Assembly (NCBI GenBank): GCA_964558645.1
Contig: CAZLEV010000001.1
Span: 221,568 to 285,567, forward strand
Direction: 5' to 3'
Length of the DNA stretch: 64,000 nt
Origin: an uncultured archaeon
GTDB taxonomy: Archaea > Asgardarchaeota > Thorarchaeia > Thorarchaeales > Thorarchaeaceae
Shown: positions 60,421 through 64,000 of the stretch, one piece after another
Position numbering within the stretch: position 1 is the first letter of the stretch
How the letters are laid out: each line of letters begins with the position of its first letter
Program-made: the position numbers and the translations under genes
The notes under the pieces: model-generated
Database searches by the model: none
What the model saw: only the letters and a program-made list of their open reading frames with translations
What the model was told of the DNA's origin: nothing

Positions 60421-60438
60421 GCCGTCACGTGACAGCAC
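60421..60438. promoter_or_regulatory. Operator site 12, upstream of the regulator TATA box
   Basis: GCCGTCACGTGACAGCAC; on the minus strand TGACGG, 8 nt, ATATAT. Confidence 0.78.
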
Positions 60439-60569
60439 TACGCATAAATGATTCTTGACAGGCAATATCCGCGGGTTGCAGGTTGTCGACTGTGGCTGGT
60501 CAAATTGGCTTGGCCAACCACTTATCAGCAGAGTATCAACTCAGTCGGCAGACTTGGAGGCTGGATGAG

Positions 60570-61376
60570 GTGACCAGAGAGCACAGAATTCGCCCGATGA
60601 GGGCCAATGATTGGCATGCATTCAACCGAATCGACAAGGAGCTGTTTCCCGATGATGTGATGAGAGAGCGGTGGTTCTTGTTGACTCTGACTCTAGAGAG
60701 GGAGGAGTTTCTCGCCCTTGATGTCGGGGGTAGGCTAGCAGGTATGTTGATCTTGGCTCGGAGTGGTGAACATGTCGGACATCTCAGACGTATCGGAGTG
60801 GCAAAAGCTCACCAGAGAATGGGGTATGGTAGATTGCTGATGAGATATGCGATCGACTGGTTTCGAGAAGAGGGTTTCAAGAGGGCATATCTCTACACGC
60901 AAGACTTCAATATCCCCGCCCAGAACCTCTACAGGCAGTTCGATTTTCAGGTGAGCGGAACATCGTGGCAATACATTGTTCCGTTTCAGTCAGTGACCCC
61001 CTCTGGCGGATTCATCTGTCAGGAGATTGATGAGAGTGAAATCCGTGAGGTAGAGGCAAAGTATCCACGGGAATTCCCTGCGGAACGGATACAGAGGGAT
61101 CTGTCTTCGGACAGGTTCCGGGTGATGACACTGAGAGATCACTCACGTGAATTGAAAGGTGCCTGTAGGTTCTTCCCCGAACTGCCTGGCTGCACCTTTG
61201 CCATTGAGGAAACCGACTGTTTTGATGACTTCATCGCCGGATTACGTCACCTGTGTCCTGACTTCGACTATGTGCGGGTCACCTTCAGCGACTGTCCTCC
61301 TCTGGCTTACCTCTGCAGTGAACGAGGCTATGCACTGCACCATCGCCTCCTCAGGATGACTCTCGAACTGACCTGA
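60570..61376 (+). CDS. GNAT acetyltransferase (RimI-like N-domain + second domain)
   Basis: IGVAKAHQRMGYG, N.PAQNLY..F.F; start set at GTG 60570. Confidence 0.85.
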   Translation: MTREHRIRPMRANDWHAFNRIDKELFPDDVMRERWFLLTLTLEREEFLALDVGGRLAGMLILARSGEHVGHLRRIGVAKAHQRMGYGRLLMRYAIDWFREEGFKRAYLYTQDFNIPAQNLYRQFDFQVSGTSWQYIVPFQSVTPSGGFICQEIDESEIREVEAKYPREFPAERIQRDLSSDRFRVMTLRDHSRELKGACRFFPELPGCTFAIEETDCFDDFIAGLRHLCPDFDYVRVTFSDCPPLAYLCSERGYALHHRLLRMTLELT

Positions 61377-61467
61377 GACCGCCCTTCCGGTGGAGACGGC
61401 AGTAGGGCCAAATGTGCATTGCTTTCGAGTCAATGCCTACACCAAGTGAGAAGTTTATTGCTTCCGG

Positions 61468-61833
61468 ATGCCTGAGACGTGTGGAGTGCTTAGCCGTCGA
61501 GCCCCCGAAGGGGGAGGGCTCCTGGATACAGATGCTGGCATCATCAGGATCAACGTGGACGAGCATGACGGTTTCGCGGCCTATGGCACCCTGTCAATCG
61601 ACGCAATCATCCCTACGGGTATTGCTGGCCCGTTGTTTGTCCTGCTGGACATCGACCTTCCAGAGGGGTACGGCGGCAGGCTCCGCACCAACAAGGCTCC
61701 CATCTCCTTCGTGGAGCGGGTGGGCTGGGGTTACTATGGCAACGGGGTGCATGCCACAGCCGAGACAGTCTATGACCCAAGAATCGGGATTGGCTGTGGT
61801 TGCACATCCATCGTCGCCCGTCTCATCGACTGA
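61468..61833 (+). CDS. Hypothetical protein
   Basis: 121-aa ORF with strong GC3 bias; C-terminal GCGC. Confidence 0.55.
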   Translation: MPETCGVLSRRAPEGGGLLDTDAGIIRINVDEHDGFAAYGTLSIDAIIPTGIAGPLFVLLDIDLPEGYGGRLRTNKAPISFVERVGWGYYGNGVHATAETVYDPRIGIGCGCTSIVARLID

Positions 61834-61895
61834 CCACCTAAGCGACCCTCATCGATTACATACCGGCTTACATCGTCGACACAACACAAGACAGC

Positions 61896-62457
61896 ATGAG
61901 TCATGTATCGTTACTCAGAAGACACGGTCTTAGACAGGCCGATACCGAGTGGGCGGTCTCCTGCATCGCGCACTTGGATGATGTGACAGAGAGGGGCGAC
62001 TTGCCCGTTTTTCTCTGCCAGGAACACGTTATCGCACAGCACAGGGACAAATGGTCCTCAGTCAGTCCAGACGCCCCCCCGCAGGTTCTTCCTGAACCTC
62101 AGCCATGATATGGACCCCAAGAGCAGGGAGAGCCTGGCACCGCCCGTGCAGGTCTTCGACTCCCTCAGACACTGGTGTGACTGGGTCTGCATGAAGTGTA
62201 GGAGGCTGTTTCCGCTGGAAGAAGGCAAACTTGTGGTGATGGCAGATGTCAGGAACGTAATCATTCTGCATCTGCTTGGTGATTATGCCAACTTCTTTGC
62301 GGTTTGCCCCACGGAAATCTATCTTGCGCTGAGACAGATTGCAGAGCATAGGATACTAAGCTACGAGAGGAGTTCTTCACGACTGCGCTTTCTCAGCGTG
62401 CTTCCACACAAGCGAAGACCGGGGAAGCCCTTTCTAATCGGAAGTATGCAATCCTAA
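61896..62457 (+). pseudogene. Hypothetical gene possibly split at a C7 tract (62074-62080)
   Basis: Removing one C joins ORF 61896-62108 to ORF 62110-62457 (...PRRFFLNLSHDMDPK...CDWVCMKC...). Confidence 0.35.
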
Positions 62458-62593
62458 GAATAAGAGATCTCTGTGGGCTTGAGCAGGCTAGGCATGACCA
62501 TGCTCATTTTGCCATTTTGTTGTCACCTTCACAACGACATATAGGCGTCAGTTCGGTTCTCGTTTCTCTGTGAACTGAATAAAGGGATTCGGT

Positions 62594-62614
62594 TGAGCCC
62601 CCCTGAGGGACTCA
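62594..62614 (-). terminator. Hairpin downstream of the membrane protein gene
   Basis: TGAGCCCC-CTGA-GGGACTCA, about 15 nt after the stop at 62630. Confidence 0.35.
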
Positions 62615-62629
62615 GACCGTCTGAAGATA

Positions 62630-63982
62630 TCAATACTCCATGTCGGGCTGGTCATCTTCAACCACGTCGTGGTAGGGCTCTTCTTCATCGGGCTCCTCGT
62701 CAACGGTCTCTTCGATTGATTCCTCAGGTGTTGACGCTTCGGTTTCAGGTGCCCCTTCAATCTCAGTGCGCGGCTCGACCTCCTCAGGTTCTTCGTGAAT
62801 AGGCTCCTCGTCCTCAACGGCTGGTTCTGGCTCCATCTCTTCCTCTTCGGGAAGCACCTCCACTGGTTCCTCCTCGACCTCAGCCGGTTTGCTAAGCCTT
62901 CTCAAGAAGAGGAACTCCATGACGAGAGCTACGAATGGAAAGATGAAGAGCTTGACTAGGTCTCCTGCTGCAGCACCGAATGATGGGTCCGGGAAGAGAA
63001 TGGGAAACAACATGTCCGTGAAGTAGTATCCCGATGCAAGGAAGAACGTGATCATGGCAGCCGTCTGGGCAGAGATCTTGAGCCGTGTGTCCATCTCGGC
63101 TCTACTAGCTAGCGTCTGGCCCACTGAACTCATGGTGTAGAACACGAAGAAGATTGAGATTATCAGATCCACCGGCTGGAATGCCGCGGCAACAGTCTGT
63201 CCGGCATTGTAGATGAAATAGGCGGAGTAGAGAGAGATGAACAGTCCAAGGAGTGCAATATTGAACACGGTTGATGTGTTACGATTGCGCTTGATGATGA
63301 TTGAGTTGAGGAAGCTGAACAGCAGCGCAAGAGCAGTACCAAGCAACAGAAGCAGGAGTCTGAATGGATTGGCGAGGAGAGTTCCAAGGTTGGTCATAGT
63401 GGTGTATAGGAATGAACCGGCAATTGCCAGATAGCAGAATATGTTGCCGGCAAAGACAAGGCCCATTTTTAGATCAGAGATTCCTGTGGCCTGTACCTTC
63501 TCTGCATATCGCAGACTGGTTCGGGTCGAAAAATAGGCTTGGAACGAGATCCATCCGACAAAGGCGATTCCAAATATGAGTATCTCCAAGAACGGGAGGA
63601 AGAAGAAGAGAAGCATGGCGAAGGTCATACCACTGACGATTAGCCACGGTATGAGCATCACAAATGACCGAGAATACGACTCATCCGACGCCAGAAACCT
63701 CTCTTGGCGCAGTCCTGTGACAATCGTTGCGAAAAGGAAGAACATGGGCATGACTCCGCCCGTGGCTGCGAAGATGAAGGCGATGAATCCCCTAAGAACT
63801 GGATCTGCAATTCCAGCTGTCAGTGCCAATCCAAGCGTGCCTGTGATGGTCATCCACAGGATTCCGACAAGAAACACTGCCAGTAGCCATCTCAATCTCT
63901 TGTTCTGCCAGAACAGTCTGAGCCCTTCAACGAATGATGTGATCATTGGAATCTCCATATCTTTCTCTCCTAACCAATTCAT
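62630..63982 (-). CDS. Polytopic membrane protein with an acidic E/P-rich C-terminal tail
   Basis: ~10 TM helices, then ~85 aa of Glu/Pro-rich low-complexity tail; start may be 63958. Confidence 0.85.
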   Translation of the reverse strand: MNWLGEKDMEIPMITSFVEGLRLFWQNKRLRWLLAVFLVGILWMTITGTLGLALTAGIADPVLRGFIAFIFAATGGVMPMFFLFATIVTGLRQERFLASDESYSRSFVMLIPWLIVSGMTFAMLLFFFLPFLEILIFGIAFVGWISFQAYFSTRTSLRYAEKVQATGISDLKMGLVFAGNIFCYLAIAGSFLYTTMTNLGTLLANPFRLLLLLLGTALALLFSFLNSIIIKRNRNTSTVFNIALLGLFISLYSAYFIYNAGQTVAAAFQPVDLIISIFFVFYTMSSVGQTLASRAEMDTRLKISAQTAAMITFFLASGYYFTDMLFPILFPDPSFGAAAGDLVKLFIFPFVALVMEFLFLRRLSKPAEVEEEPVEVLPEEEEMEPEPAVEDEEPIHEEPEEVEPRTEIEGAPETEASTPEESIEETVDEEPDEEEPYHDVVEDDQPDMEY

Positions 63983-64000
63983 TTAGTGAGTATGTAAACA

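Noticed and set aside
43907-60438. Operator palindromes as a CRISPR array, REP or MITE ends
   Set aside because: They are short, irregularly spaced by kilobases, tied to TATA-like boxes, and have no spacers, cas genes or transposase.
62630-62885. Acidic tail as a tandem DNA repeat
   Set aside because: Low-complexity Glu/Pro coding sequence without exact repeat units.

Overview
Gene-dense archaeal DNA, most consistent with an Asgard archaeon (Thorarchaeia-like). This is inferred from a longin-like protein, three ~950-aa FtsX/MacB-type permeases, archaeal 'HDxxN' histidine kinases and leaderless TATA promoters. 1-31 kb is mostly peptide and nutrient handling: two orphan OppD/DppD-type ATPases, Eis-type GNAT, DUF362, DinB, MFS, amidohydrolase, bacterial-type GAPDH, M20 peptidase, a DUF4139 pair, TatD, oligopeptidase B, MTAP and two permeases. 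It also holds small pseudogene relics of thrS and an SDR. 31-43.5 kb is a signalling block: four sensor kinases, a stand-alone receiver, a longin-wHTH protein and an unannotated rubredoxin. The main observation is at 43.9-60.4 kb. Twelve copies of a palindrome (YGTCA-nn-TGACR) occur there, most 7-8 nt upstream of a TATA-like box, and two copies sit in the promoter of each of two paralogous Bat/HTH_10-type regulators, suggesting a local activator regulon. The island contains two homologous cassettes ~10.2 kb apart (GNAT + ~190-nt structured leader + operator ... operator + HTH_10). One is intact. The other is decaying, with a +1 frameshift in the GNAT and a 43-bp microhomology deletion removing the HTH recognition helix. 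No rRNA, tRNA, CRISPR array or transposase was recognised.
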